Source: Laetmonice hystrix
Taxonomy: Eukaryota
DNA: 64,000 nucleotides
Direction: 5' to 3'
Assembly: GCA_965235115.1 (NCBI GenBank)
Contig: OZ249436.1
Coordinates: 34,536,001-34,600,000, forward strand
Position 1 is the stretch's first letter. The number at the start of each line of letters is the position of its first letter. Position numbers and translations under genes: made by a program. The notes below the pieces were generated by a model, which worked only from the letters and a program-made list of their open reading frames with translations, had not been told where the DNA came from and searched no databases. Positions 14,701 through 28,988 of this stretch are shown here, one piece after another.

Positions 14701-15987
14701 GCTACCCTCGTCAGACAGACAGGAGTCCCTCACAGGGGCCGAGTGTTTCTGAACAATACTCCTTCAGTGGCAACTTGTCATGGACTTTGGCGCACCTCTG
14801 AGGCATCGGCTGGCTTTTCATGACAACTGTATACACGCCATAATGAGTGCGTGAACTGGGTTTTCTATTGATTCCAAGGTTGTAATCGCTCGGAATGCTC
14901 ACAGTAAAAATGTCATATCAAAACATGACACAACGGTCGCACTGGAGATCACACAGTTCGGATTAGCTAATTCGTATTTAGATATATGTCTCCATAATAT
15001 TCCACCGTGTTGTCCGTATGCCATGTCCCTTTGCTTTGTTCATGTTCATGAATTCGTCCAATTTGTCCACCAATGAGGAACCATGCTGATGAGTTGGAGG
15101 CGGGCGGAGGGGGGGGGCTCTATATGCCCCATAAAACAAACAAGTTAATGCTGAGCATGCGAATCTGGCCCCTCATATATTGGCTTTACGAAGTTTGCTC
15201 TTGTATACACAGCGAGTGATCTTTAATGGTCCGCCAGGTTGGTGCGTATATCTTAGTAAATGTTTCTTCATTACGCCCTCAATGATTGCTGGGCAACATC
15301 CTATAATATGAAACAAGACGTGCTTTATGACTCCGTTTGACGTAATCATTTGCAGTTATTTGCAGGAAGTACGTTTACTTCGGCAAACTTTTGACACTGA
15401 GGCAGATATTTCCACTCCATGTCTCCATCAGAAGCTCTCTCGTTTCTCTGGGGCAAGGGTGTGGTTTATTATAGCAGGCAGTTATCAAATCGACACAATT
15501 ACTTGTTGGCGATGATAACCAGTATTTGTTCATAAAGTCATTTCGGAAAACCAGGCCACGTCATATGTAATGACAGTTACCGACAACAACGCGGTACAGT
15601 GACCAAAGGTGGAACCTTTGCTCAAGTCGCTTAATGACTTCTGACCTGTCATCAGTGCAGCTTCATGAGGAAGGAAACCGAAGCTGAGCTACGTATCCAA
15701 TTTTCGGCTCCACTCGCAGTAGACGAACTGCCGTGTCGATGGAGTGTAGGCGGTAGCAACTTTTGATTCTACTTGTACAATGTAGGACCTTGGTGGACTC
15801 TCCGTATCCCCTTATATAAAGTTTTTTTATGACCCGTTCATGCCTCCAACCGCACAATTACCGTCTGTCTATGTACCGTACTCACTTAAAGTCTAACCAG
15901 CGCGAACTTCTGTGCTTGAAGGCCAACAATCTTACCGAAGTATTCCGTGTACAGCACGGTATTGCCAGTACCAACTTTCTCGGCGAT

Positions 15988-18900
15988 CCCCTTCTGTACC
16001 AACATCAACTGTCTCACCTGGCCCCTTCTGTACTAACATCAACTGTCTCACCTGGCCCCTTCTGTACTAACATCAACTCTCTCACCTTGCCCCTTCTGTA
16101 CCAACATCAACTGTCTCACCTGGCCCCTTCTGTACTAACATCAACTCTCTCACCTGGCCCCTTCTGTACTAACATCAACTGTCTCACCTGGCCCCTTCTG
16201 TACTAACATCAACTGTCTCACCTGGCCCCTTCTGTACCAACATCAACTGTCTCACCTTGCCCCTTCTGTCTCAACATTAACTCTCTCGCCTTCTGTCCTA
16301 ACATCAACTCTCTCACCTGGCCCCTTCTGTACCACATCAACCCTCTGACCTGGCCCCTTCTGTACTAACATCAACCCTCTGACCTGGCCCCTTCTGTACC
16401 AACATCAACTCTCTCACCTGACCCCTTCTGTCCTAACATCAACTCTCTCACCTGGCCCCTTCTGTACTAACATCAACTGTCTCACCTGGCCCCTTCTGTA
16501 CCAACATCAACTGTCTCACCTGGCCCCTTCTGTACTAACATCAACTCTCTCACCTGGCCCCTTCTGTACTAACATCAACTGTCTCACCTGGCCCCTTCTG
16601 TACTAACATCAACTGTCTCACCTGGCCCCTTCTGTACTAACATCAACTCTCTCACCTTGCCCCTTCTGTACCAACATCAACTCTCTCACCTGGCCCCTTC
16701 TGTACCAACATCAACTGTCTCACCTTGCCCCTTCTGTCTCAACATTAACTCTCTCGCCTTCTGTCCTAACATCAACTCTCTCACCTGGCCCCTTCTGTAC
16801 CACATCAACCCTCTGACCTGGCCCCTTCTGTACTAACATCAACCCTCTGACCTGGCCCCTTCTGTACCAACATCAACTCTCTCACCTGACCCCTTCTGTC
16901 CTAACATCAACTCTCTCACCTGGCCCCTTCTGTACCTCATGAACTCTCTCACCTGGCCCCTTCTGTACCAACATCAACTGTCTCACCTGGTCCCTTCTGT
17001 ACCTCATCAACGCTCTCACCTGGCCCTTTCTGTACCAACATCAACTCTCTCACCTGGCCCCTTCTGTACCAACATCAACTGTCTCACCTAGTCCCTTCTC
17101 TACCAAAATCAACCCTCTCACCTGGTCCATTCTGTACCAACATCAACTCTCACCTGGCCCCTTCTGTACCAACATCAACTGTCTCACCTGGCCCCTTCTG
17201 TACCAACATCAACTGTCTCACCTGGCCCCTTCTATACCAACATCAACTGTCTCACCTGACCCCTTCTGTACCAACATCAACCCTCTCACCTGGCCCCTTC
17301 TGTACCAACATCAACTCTCTCACCTGGCCCCTTCTGTAGCAACATCAACTCTCTCACCTGGCCCCTTCTGTACCAACATCAACTCTCTCACCTGGCCCCT
17401 TCTGTACCAAAATCAACCCTCTCACCTGGCCCCTTCTGTACCAACATCAACTCTCTCACCTGGCCCCTTCTATACCAACATCAACTGTCTCACCTAGTCC
17501 CTTCTCTACCAAAATCAACCCTCTCACCTGGCCCCTTCTGTACTAACATCAACTGTCTCACCTGGCCCCTTCTGTACTAACATCAACTCTCTCACCTGGC
17601 CCCTTCTGTACTAACATCAACTCTCCCACCTGGCCCCTTCTGTACCAACATCAACTCTTTCACCTGGCCCCTTCTGTCTCAACATCAACTCTCTCACCTT
17701 CTGTCCTAACATCAACTCTCTCACCTGGCCCCTTCTGTACCAACATCAACTCTCTCACCTGGCCCCTTCTATACCAACATCAACTGTCTCACCTAGTCCC
17801 TTCTCTACCAAAATCAACCCTCTCACCTGGCCCCTTCTGTACTAACATCAACTGTCTCACCTGGCCCCTTCTGTACTAACATCAACTCTCTCACCTGGCC
17901 CCTTCTGTACTAACATCAACTCTCCCACCTGGCCCCTTCTGTACCAACATCAACTCTCTCACCTGGCCCCTTCTGTCTCAACATCAACTCTCTCACCTTC
18001 TGTCCTAACATCAACTCTCTCATCTGGCCCCTTCTGTACCACATCAACCCTCTGACCTGGCCCCTTCTGTACTAACATCAACCCTCTGACCTGGCCCCTT
18101 CTGTACCAACATCAACTCTCTCACCTGACCCCTTCTGTCCTAACATCAACTCTCTCACCTGGCCCCTTCTGTACCAACATCAACTCTCTCACCTGGCCCC
18201 TTCTGTACCTCATGAACTCTCTCACCTGGCCCCTTTTGTACCAACATCAACTGTCTCACCTGGCCCCTTCTGTACCTCATCAACGCTCTCACCTGGCCCT
18301 TTCTGTACCAACATCAACTCTCTCACCTGGCCCCTTCTGTACCAACATCAACTGTCTCACCTAGTCCCTTCTCTACCAAAATCAACCCTCTCACCTGGTC
18401 CATTGTGTACCAACATCAACTCTCACCTGGCCCCTTCTGTACTAACATCAACTGTCTCACCTGGCCCCTTCTGTACCAACATCAACTCTCTCACCTGGCC
18501 CCTTCTATACCAACATCAACTGTCTCACCTGACCCCTTCTGTACCAACATCAACCCTCTCACCTGGCCCCTTCTGTACCAACATCAACTCTCTCACCTGG
18601 CCCCTTCTGTAGCAACATCAACTCTCTCACCTGGCCCCTTCTGTACCAACATCAACTCTCTCACCTGGCCCCTTCTGTACCAAAATCAACCCTCTCACCT
18701 GGCCCCTTCTGTACCAACATTAACTCTCTCACCTGGCCCCTTCTGTACCTCATGAACTCTCTCACCTGGCCCCTTCTGTACTAACATCAACTCTCCCACC
18801 TGGCCCCTTCTGTACCAACATCAACTCTCTCACCTGGCCCCTTCTGTCTCAACATCAACTCTCTCACCTTCTGTCCTAACATCAACTCTCTTATCTGGCC

Positions 18901-19818
18901 CCTTCTGTACCACATCAACCCTCTGACCTGGCCCCTTCTGTACTAACATCAACCCTCTGACCTGGCCCCTTCTGTACCAACATCAACTCTCTCACCTGAC
19001 CCCTTCTGTCCTAACATCAACTCTCTCACCTGGCCCCTTCTGTACCAACATCAACTCTCTCACCTGGCCCCTTCTGTACTAACATCAACCCTCTGACCTG
19101 GCCCCTTCTGTACCAACATCAACTGTCTCACTGGTCCCTTCTGTACCAACATCAACTGTCTCACTGGTCCCTTCTGTCCCAACATCAACTCTCTCACCTG
19201 GCCCCTTCTGTACCAACATCAACTGTCTCACCTTGCCCCTTCTGTACCTCATCAACGCTCTCACCTGGCCCTTTCTGTACCAACATCAACTCTCTCACCT
19301 GGCCCCTTCTGTACCAACATCAACTGTCTCACCTGGCCCCTTCTATACCAACATCAACTGTCTCACCTGACCCCTTCTGTACCAACATCAACCCTCTCAC
19401 CTGGCCCCTTCTGTACCAACATCAACTCTCTCACCTGGCCCCTTCTGTACCAACATCAACCCTCTCACCTGGCCCCTTTTGTACCAACATCAACTCTCTC
19501 ACCTGGCCCCTTCTATACCAACATCAACTCTCTCACCTGACCCCTTCTGTACCAACATCAACCCTCTCACCTGGCCCCTTCTATACCAACATCAACTCTC
19601 TCACCTGGCCCCTTCTGTACCAACATCAACCCTCTCACCTGGCCCCTTCTGTACCAACATCAACTCTCTCACCTGGCCCCTTCTGTAGCAACATCAACTC
19701 TCTCACCTGGCCCCTTCTGTAGCAACATCAACCCTCTCACCTGGCCCCTTCTGTACCAACATCAACCCTTTCACCTGGCCCCTTCTGTACCAACATCAAC
19801 CCTCTTACCTATCCCCTT
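15988..19818. repeat. 34-bp satellite/minisatellite array, roughly 110 units
   Basis: Consensus CCCCTTCTGTACCAACATCAACTCTCTCACCTGG; period confirmed at 16021 and 16055, and by the 34-aa periodicity of the overlapping ORFs. Confidence 0.98.
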
Positions 19819-22800
19819 ATTCCGAACCCCCTGCTTACATACCTCCAAGCGTACCATTTTGATTTACCGGCCAAATCGATCCTGCTCATTGCGAGAATCT
19901 TTTAGTTTACAGTCGGACATCAACTGTTCCCTCTCGATTAGCCTATACTGTTGATACCTTATGGGTTTTTTTACAAAAAGAAGAAAAGTATAAAAAAAAG
20001 TACCTGATAAAGCAAGATTTTCAAGCTGTATTCTTATGTATATCAGTTCCTATTATGTTACCATACTTGAGCATGTACACACTACCATAATATTGACGTT
20101 CACTGACATACAGCTTACAGTTCTGACAGACATTTCAAATGTAAACATACATTTATAAATATAACTCCTAACTTTAAATTATGTCCTGGAATTCTTTCTT
20201 TCTTTTTTATTCGAAACGGCAAAAATATATATCATGCAATATTATGTGGAAAGAACTTGAAAAGATTGCCTACGCTGTGGCTCGAGGTTCAGAGAGGTTC
20301 ATGACCAACCTATTCGGTTACCTCAATCCCAGCCCCCTAATCAACGCATTGACTTCACGTAATGATATGAAGCACCTTTGAAATCATGGCCGCTCCACTG
20401 CACTGTACGGGCACTGCACGGGCACTGCATGGGCACCTCTTTAACCGTTTATCTCGGGCCACGTATATTCAAACGGACAATTAACCATAATTCACAGAGA
20501 GGAAAATGACGTTAAAATTCCAGCTTTCGGCTATATCAAGTAGTGTCGGTGAGAATTATAGGCGGACTTTTGTATCGGAAGGTTTTGTGGCTTTTCACCA
20601 TCAGCTCTGACCCTGAGGGGAGAGAGATTTCGGGATCTAGAGAATAAAAGAATCTAATGATATTTTCGGGTTCCAGCGCCGATGTCGTTTTTGTCACGCC
20701 ACGTAACGTATCATTATCCCATGACACTAAAAAGGTGTGCTCTAGGGAAACATGGAGGCAGACAGAAGCACACCCTCTCAACTCGGGCAGGCCCCTTCCA
20801 ATTCCAACAATATACCATGTGCCTTGGTCTCTCTCCAAAATTCCATCAAGAGTCAATCATAATAATTCCTAATCAGATTATTGAAAGGATTCATGTGCGC
20901 CATCATTGACTACGGGGAATAAACTCGCTCCCCGCGTATTGAAACAAACTTACACGGCAATGGTAAATTATAGAACGGTCAATGAACATTTCCCCCATTA
21001 TCAGGACCGATATTCATGACATTGGTCCTTTAGTTTGTTTGTTTCTTTATTCTCGGGAGTCGTTACTGGTATAAGGTATAACATATACAGAGGACAACTG
21101 GTCAGCACACAGTTTCCAACGACCGGTGATAAACATATTCCAAGAAGGCTATAAATGAGGTGTGTCAATAATATAGAGGTCAGATTCCATGTCATAGAGA
21201 TTCTCATTAACAATGACCTTTGTCAAATTAACGAGATATACAGATATACAACTGGTATATGCTGGCACGTATTATACTAACATGCCCGGCACTTCCTTTT
21301 CCACCGGAATTTTCCTCGATATCCTAATTAAGTACATTATCACAGATCAATAACCAATGGCTGCTATATGTTCAGTACATATAGAGTCCAAAAGAAACCC
21401 TCCTTAATTCGTTTAACCACAATAAAGCTATAGCCCCGTCCACTACCAGTCACCCCCCCCCCTACCATATCGGAGCAAAGCGTCATGTCTCAGTCCCATT
21501 GACGTCAACCTCTTCAGTCCCTAAGTGTGTTAAAGTGTGGTTTGTTTCTACTTGCCCTATCCGGAACAAAGAAAGTCAAAGTCCGACATATCAAAGGAAT
21601 TAATTCCACTGGCTCACTGTCCTGCCGATATCAACCCATATTGTGTTCGTCTCCGCTACACCTGACATGTACGACTGGAGAATATATCAGATTCTAGGCC
21701 TACACCTATATCTCCGGTCTAGAAGTGACACCAGCTATAGTTTTACCATGCTGACACAGCTAAATCCTTCATATTACATCAGTGTTGACTTCTTTTCAGC
21801 CACAGATCAGTTTCTGAATCCCTTACCCGAATATGGTCCACTGTGGTGATATTTTATGTAAGTAACAGGGGACTTCTGTCTACATGCGTGCATCGAAACG
21901 ATATGAAGTAATGTTTCATTAATAGCTGCAATTGGCCTACCCCAGCATAAAATGGACGCACTAGAGCGGAACAACTACATATACATATTATATTGTACAG
22001 GTTACCTAACGGTTTTCTGGTTCACGGTTCGACGGTTAATCCCTTTTAAAACATCCTGTAAAGGCATTGAAAAAAGAAGCATTACAAAAGGCCTGAAGGT
22101 TATCGGAGTACGTTTGCTAGTCACCTCACTGTTGTCAACATAATAAATAAACTCAGCAGATGCTGGCATTCATATGGAATGTATCGGAAATAATACCTAG
22201 TTAATTTCCGACGCCGTGTTAGGGTCCATGGTTGCGTACCTTTTACATATAGTATATTAATGTGTTCATTGTGGGGTTTGCCGTTATAGACCTTTGGTCC
22301 ACCCTCGTCATGCATGCTAAATGGGAACAGGTGCTGTGGACCAGCGCCGTAAAAGGAACAAGTATGCCCTTGTCCTCTCTATAACGGGGTTTCATTTGGT
22401 AGTTTCTATACATGCAAGGCTTTCATCTAAAATACCACAAGACCCACCCCGCACCCTAAAAAAATGTAATTTTTCTCCCTCTGTGCTCTTTCCGCTCCCA
22501 ACGCAACTTCATATATCTCATTCAAACCAAGGCATGTGTTATAATGGCTACTAAATTCTCCATTTCCCGGGGACAGACCCTATATATTTCACGTTACTGC
22601 TATAGATTATAATCCCGCCTGCATGGTCTAACGATATATTATATCAACATTTACTAATTGAATCATATACAGCTGGGTAGAATAGGGGATCGGCTTTATC
22701 TCTTGAGATAATACAATCATGCTCTTCATAACAAGAACCTAATCCTGCATAACAAGAACCTGATTTGTGCTTCCCACTTTTTTCTTCTATAGGCCTGATG

Positions 22801-25234
22801 TGTGAAATAGTTGTTTCATGTATGGCGCCGGGCTAGCGACAGAATGTAGTGAGGCGAGTCGCCGGTTGACTTGTGACTGTAGAGGACATGGCCCATCAAT
22901 GGCTACGTACGGGCCACTCATGGCCCAACTCGGGGCCATACAGTGATACATGTTGGTTGGGAGTCCATTTATTATGACAGTTTGATTAAAGTCAAAGCGA
23001 ACCGATGACCTGGCTGACTTATAGGTAACATGTGTTCTGAGGAAACTCGGCATGACGGCGGTCCCCGGCTCGGCATTGAGAGATGTGCATTAGGTCCACG
23101 TCACATCCATCATAATGGCCCGTTCACGTACAATGCTACACCCAAACAAAGGCCCAACTCTGGCCCCTATGGCATCACCGACGTTTGATATCTTGCAGAC
23201 GCGCCATTTTTTGTTCTCTTATCGCACGGGTTAATTGTAAAGTGGTGTGAAGTGTTTTACCACATGGCTGAGAATCCCTATCACAAACACGGAAACATAA
23301 ACGTCAACCCATAGACTACCTTACGTACGTTCATCTTGGTGGAACAGTATCAGAAAAAAACCCGAGTTTGTTACCAGAATTAAACTGAAGTTATTTAATT
23401 GGTTTTAATAAAAGAAGTGTTTCGCCTTAATTACAGAAATTACGAATTTATGGGCATAACGCATTTGATCTGGAATTAAAAGCACAAGAATTTTGAAAAT
23501 CCTAGAAAGTTTCAAGAGCCTCCACCAGACCCGTATAGAAATATAGAGTTTACAAAAAAGTTACAATTTATTTTAAAATGCCTTGTTCCACTGAATGCAA
23601 CATGAGATTACTCATAGGCTAACAGCACCAGTAATGAAGGAATCTGTTCCACCTCAAACCTTTTTATCCAACATTTTAATATTTAATACTAAAACGGAAA
23701 ATTTAACGCACATGTTGATCACCTCCTCAATGATGCTCCTGTTATGTACATCCCCAGCCCCCCTTTTAATACTGATTATTATACCCACATGAAAATTAAA
23801 AGGTACTGAGAATGGTTATTATGATACAACCAAAATAATAAACGTTCGAGGGACTCATCTAATAGAAAACATACAATGACATTCAAGCCACAACCACCAT
23901 GATAATATTGGCCTATTTATTAACATGATGGCACTTAGTTACCTTGGCAGCATGACATGATTGCGCCTTAACAGTGAAATGTAACACGCAGCATGTGTAG
24001 TAGTAGTGTAGAACTGTTATTCACACTGACCAGGCCACCTTCTAACGTTACCTTACTTAACAGAAAAAAGGGAGAAAAGATTTAAACCGGTTCAAATGAG
24101 AACCAACAGTGACAGATGAACATTTTCCGGCTTTGACGGGTTGCATCCAACATCGGACTCTCTGCGTGTACTCTAAGTATACAGCGCGCGGAAGCCACAG
24201 TAAGAAGAGACGGAGATCACGTAACAATGGGAGGACATAGTTGATGGCCAAAACCAATAATCCCGAGGGAAAAATATATCCCAGAACAAAGGCTTCTGAT
24301 CAACATGTGGTTGGAGTGGCGTGTTCGGTTATATAAAACGCATGACAAACACGAGAGCCTAACCATAGAGTTCTATTAACGCCTCAAAAGTTTACGCTTT
24401 GAGGAAGTTGTCATGAAATATCCAATGATAAGAGTGCAACAGCGAACTACTCCGCCAATATGTGTAACCCGGATGTATTTTCAAGCTGACAGATCAGTGC
24501 GGTCATCATAATGGTTGTTTATCTATGAGAATCTCTGAAAGTAAAATAACAACAATAAAAAACGCAGGAATTGGAATAAAACGTCGAGAGTATGGTTAAC
24601 CTCCATACAGTGAGGAGGTCTACTCGAGTCGATAGGTCAGGCGTTCAAATATGTAAACTGGTGATCATTTAATATGTAATTAACAACACTGTTTTCTTTC
24701 ATGTGACCTTAATTATCGTTGCAGGAACTAAAGTGGAACTGCACTCGCCCATGTGTGAGTAAAAAATGAAATAGTGGGACTCCGATATAGAACTCTGTCG
24801 TCGACAAGATGCCAGAGTTTACATTGCGAACCAGCGGGCCAACACTCTTCCGCCAGAGGTCGCTTTTGCTGAAACCAACCTCTTCTGGTTGTGTATTGTG
24901 GGATAGCCCGGGACTAGTGTCAGATTCAAGATGGACACCTGCGAGCAGTTAACTAGGCCTACTACTCACAAAATAATTATAGTCAAACATTACTTACATT
25001 ATCAGAGGTTGTTTATCACTTCATTTCATTATTCCTAAAGACTTAAATGTTTTTAATTTAAGTTGAAACAGTTCAAATTCAAACTTCTTTGCTGGACTAC
25101 TTTTTACCTCTTCATTTCTATCTCTTCGGTACGCCTTTTCGCCGGCGTATGTAGATAAGATTGCGCCAGTGCATTGATGGAAGTCGATTTGACTTCCCAC
25201 AATCCCTAACCATGCAACAGGATCGTAGTCTCCA

Positions 25235-25410
25235 GAGTACGAGCATGCGCAGTTTGGCGGACCAATGGCAATAACGTCAGCCATTTCCCATAATTCATAC
25301 TACTACTTCCGGGGAATCCCCCCGCGTGTTTGACGTTTGGAGTCATGGCCAACCGCAAGCGTCCTGGACCGGAAGTAGACCTGCTCAGATGATGCGCGCG
25401 CATAAAAGGG
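25235..25410. promoter_or_regulatory. Promoter-like motif cluster with no assignable gene
   Basis: GCATGCGCA (NRF1-like), CCAAT, inverted ETS-type sites ACTTCCGG / CCGGAAGT, two CRE half-sites and CATAAAAG within ~170 bp. Confidence 0.3.
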
Positions 25411-28050
25411 GATCCCCCCCCCGTTGACTGGCGTTGTTGACCAAATGTCTAAGATTAGGGATTCCATTGGTGTGTGCGCGTTTTGATTTTGGGGGATGAT
25501 TGGTGATTGTGTTTAAATTCCAGGTTACACATAATGGGCATGGTTGATTCATACTGGTAGGGGGCAGTTTCGTCGTTATAGTCTATTTTTGGACCTTTAA
25601 CTGTGAAGTAATATGGTAGTGTGGGGTTAAAGTTAATTTCATCAAACGTGATGACATATGATATCAGTTAATGTATCACGTGCCTGGATTATTTACAGAT
25701 ATACATGCACATGTACATGTCAGCCTCACATGATTAGCCGACAAAATCATTTCTCTTATAAAGTCGATTTGAAACAAAAGGAAACATTCTGAGGAACTTG
25801 ACACTGCAACAAGTCCGAGTGTGGTATAGTTATGATATAAAAATGGATTCGGAAGGGGTTGGTCACTATCTCCTCGCCATGTACAAACATACAGGTATCT
25901 CCTGGGGGTCGACCGACCCACCCACTCACCCCACCGTCGCCATCTTCAGGTACGGCGACCTTGCAGTGGTCCTCTACCGACATCAAGGGGTGGTAGGCTG
26001 ACTCCTGCAGGACAAGCGCTGTCTGCACAAGTAGCGTCCTCCTACAACGACACCTCCAATCTGTCAATATAACTCTACCCCCTCCCCACCCCACCCCACC
26101 CCTCGCCTGCCATTAGGGAATTTATCAGGGATAACCCGGGAAGGTTGTGCCCTCCATGAAACTCCTGGATCCCTGGATCCTCATGTGTGCGTGACACTGC
26201 ACGGAGTTGGAGGCCAGGAGGCGAGGTTACGCTGCATTTGGAAGTACCGGTCAAACAAATTCCTTCAGTGCCATCAGTTAGTGATGTGTATGGGTACAGG
26301 GACTTTGGTGCTAATGCTGTCCTTCGATTCTATAGTCATATGCATGGGTATTTTGGTCATTGTGTTAAGGGTGGACATGAAAGTGTCATGCACCAACGCC
26401 CCCATTGTGGTGATTGACAGATGCGCTTAGCCTCCCCTTGTGTAATGTCTAAGTCAGGTTGGCCCTTCCTAACTCGACGGTACGCCTTTTTTCTGTAAGA
26501 GTAAGCCATAGAGGGTGCACACCTGCATAACGAAAGTGCTGACCCTTACCAAAGGGTTCACTGTATATATAACAGTGTGGCCCGCTTTCTATCTACACCA
26601 CTTATAATAAATGGTGATGCCAGTAAACAGCCGTTTTGATAAAACAATTTCTCGCTGGTTTTATAATGTTTTATTCATTCAGGGTGGCCGGTGGCACTAC
26701 CTCCGCCCTCTGCCCTATCAACCCGATTCGCCGGACGCAGATACCAGTCCTGGGTATCGACAATTGCATCGGTGTTTTATTCAAATTTTATACGGAGGAA
26801 TTACACGAGAAATGATACCAAAAGGGCCGATTATCATCGCCACGCTGCAGCTCTGTGTTTTTGAGCTTGCAGTCTGTTAAAGCGTCGACGTTTAAGGTTG
26901 GATTAGCTGAGCTGGTTAATTACTCGTGGCCCAGATGCAAGCATTAAGACACTATTTCCCAGCGAACGTTAAACGTTTGTCACTCAGGCGAATGCCAACT
27001 TGAAGGAGAATGCTAGCGGTTGCTTAAACATAACTTTTTCTCCCTCATGGAAATGGGCACGAGGCGTATATTTCCCGCTGCAGACTATGGAGTCTATTCG
27101 GGATCAACAAGTAAAATCTGACCACATGATTTATGAAATTTAAGTCTTAACAATTGCATCTAGTTCTAGTACTACATTTGTACATATATGCCTTGAAGTA
27201 GTTTTATCTGCAAACACATTCCATTGAAAGCACTTAGATATACGATTATCGTTTGGCGTTGAGTTACTGAAAAGACTTAACTCCGTAGTACATGTAACAT
27301 GTTCCATGAGAGAACCACTGGGAAATAATACAGGCGACTTCGTGTTTTGAGATACATCACGCATGTTGTCGGTAAATCCTGTGATTCAAAGGAAATGATT
27401 TGCCCTTCCGTGTGATTTCATGCGGACGGGTGTATAATTAACACCCAGCGTTGATATATCTGTGTATAGTAAAATCTTGGTGTATACCATCCTCTCATAC
27501 TATATAGGTGTAGGAAAGAAGTAACACATTGTTTTTTTTCTCGTAGCTGGATTGTGGATGGGTTAGTAAAATGGTTGCACCGCTAAAAGACAAATTATTG
27601 CGGTGTATATAGATTATTACGAAAATTATAATAGCTGGATGAATAGCAAGTTCGTTGAATAGCTACAGCGGCTATGTGGTGTAGGTGTATCACATACGGA
27701 TTGCTAATGGTGAGTGTAGAGCTTCCTATATAGTATGCGTAAATCTAAAAGAACCAAAGATAGACACGGTCAATTACTATCCCAACTATATATAATTATG
27801 TATTTAACTTGCGGTTTAAGGCGACACGTTATGATTTATATTAGGAGTTGATAAAGCCTCATAAAAAGAGTTTTAAACTGCAAAACTACGTGAGCGGTAG
27901 TGCAACTATGCACGATTACGTGCTCACAGCTTGGCGGAGGAGGGGTGGGGGGGGGGGGGACTTGTTTCAGGGTGTAGGGGGGGGGGGGGCAGGCCCAGCG
28001 TCAACTTGCATGAGCTTGGTCCTGACTGAAGGAGACCGGGAAGGTTGAGG

Positions 28051-28118
28051 CGACCGACCGACCGACCGACCGACCAACCCACCGACCGACCGACCCGACC
28101 CGACCCGACCTGACGACC
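28051..28118. repeat. (CGAC)n/(CCCGA)n microsatellite
   Basis: Directly visible CGAC repeats grading into CGACC repeats. Confidence 0.9.
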
Positions 28119-28956
28119 GTGGGATAACGACGGGCGGCCGGAGTAACACGTAACGACATCGATACAGCCATGTCAACATGTTGTGTCTGAGTCTGGCCTG
28201 GTGTAAACACGGCAGCCTTGGGCTGGGTCAGGTTTGGGGTGGAAGTGTACGAGGGGGTCGGGAGTTGATCGTGATATACCCTGCTTATAACACCCCCATC
28301 CAATTCCTCCCCAGGACACCACTCTTCAACATGTCGGCGGTGTTGAGGAAAGGACTCGTCAATATGTAATTATTATATCAATATAATATTAGTGAGAAAG
28401 ACCGAATATATTACTTGAGAACAAGCCGGACTAAAGGCACGTATATAGGGGGTGAGCGTGGGCTCATTCCGACAAACACAGTTTGGAATTTCTAGGGGTG
28501 AAATTTCCGCAGGCCGGGCCGCGCCATGGCTATAGACCTACTTGGAAATAAAAAGATAATAATATAGTGTTCCTTTTGTGGCTGCTAGTTACAGCACTAC
28601 TACACACGCACGGAGACGTCAGCTGGCCAAGCAGGGTAAACGTTCGCTTCACCTCGTTATTCATTGCGTAAAGTTTACGATATCCTTGGGAAAAACTGCA
28701 AGTGGGGAAAACAAATTCATTTGCGCTTTGAGTATAGTGCCCTAGTTCTACAGACTTTGCCCTGCAACCAGAGATTGCATGAAAATTCCACTTTTGCGGC
28801 TGTATCGTTTATATATATCCGCCTCTGATGATCAAATTGTTTCCCATATAGATAATTTGTGGTTACATAAATAATACATTAGGCATAAAATACCTTTTAT
28901 ACATAGAGTAATACACTGCATATAAAGATATCTTAATTTGCCTTAGTTTAAGAAGT

Positions 28957-28988
28957 TTCTTCTTCTTCTTCTTCTTCTTCTTCTTCTT
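28957..28988. repeat. (TTC)n microsatellite
   Basis: Directly visible; it produces the poly-K stretch in a spurious minus-strand ORF. Confidence 0.9.

Noticed and set aside
15829..19688. ORFs with 34-aa periodic sequence (LYQHQLSHLAPSV...)
   Set aside because: The 34-bp consensus is stop-free on the + strand and cycles through all frames; TACTAA variants and indels interrupt it at random, so these are satellite artefacts.
15988..19818. CRISPR-like array (repeat length ~34 bp)
   Set aside because: Units are head-to-tail with no unique spacers, there are no cas genes, and the context is eukaryotic.
25924..26060. Possible minus-strand exon (ACAG acceptor ~26061, GTGAGT donor ~25929)
   Set aside because: Weak pyrimidine tract, no recognisable peptide and no partner exons found.
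28001..28303. Minus-strand TATAAG followed by ATG-initiated short frames
   Set aside because: Frames run into the (GGTC)n microsatellite, with a poor donor site and no homology recognised.
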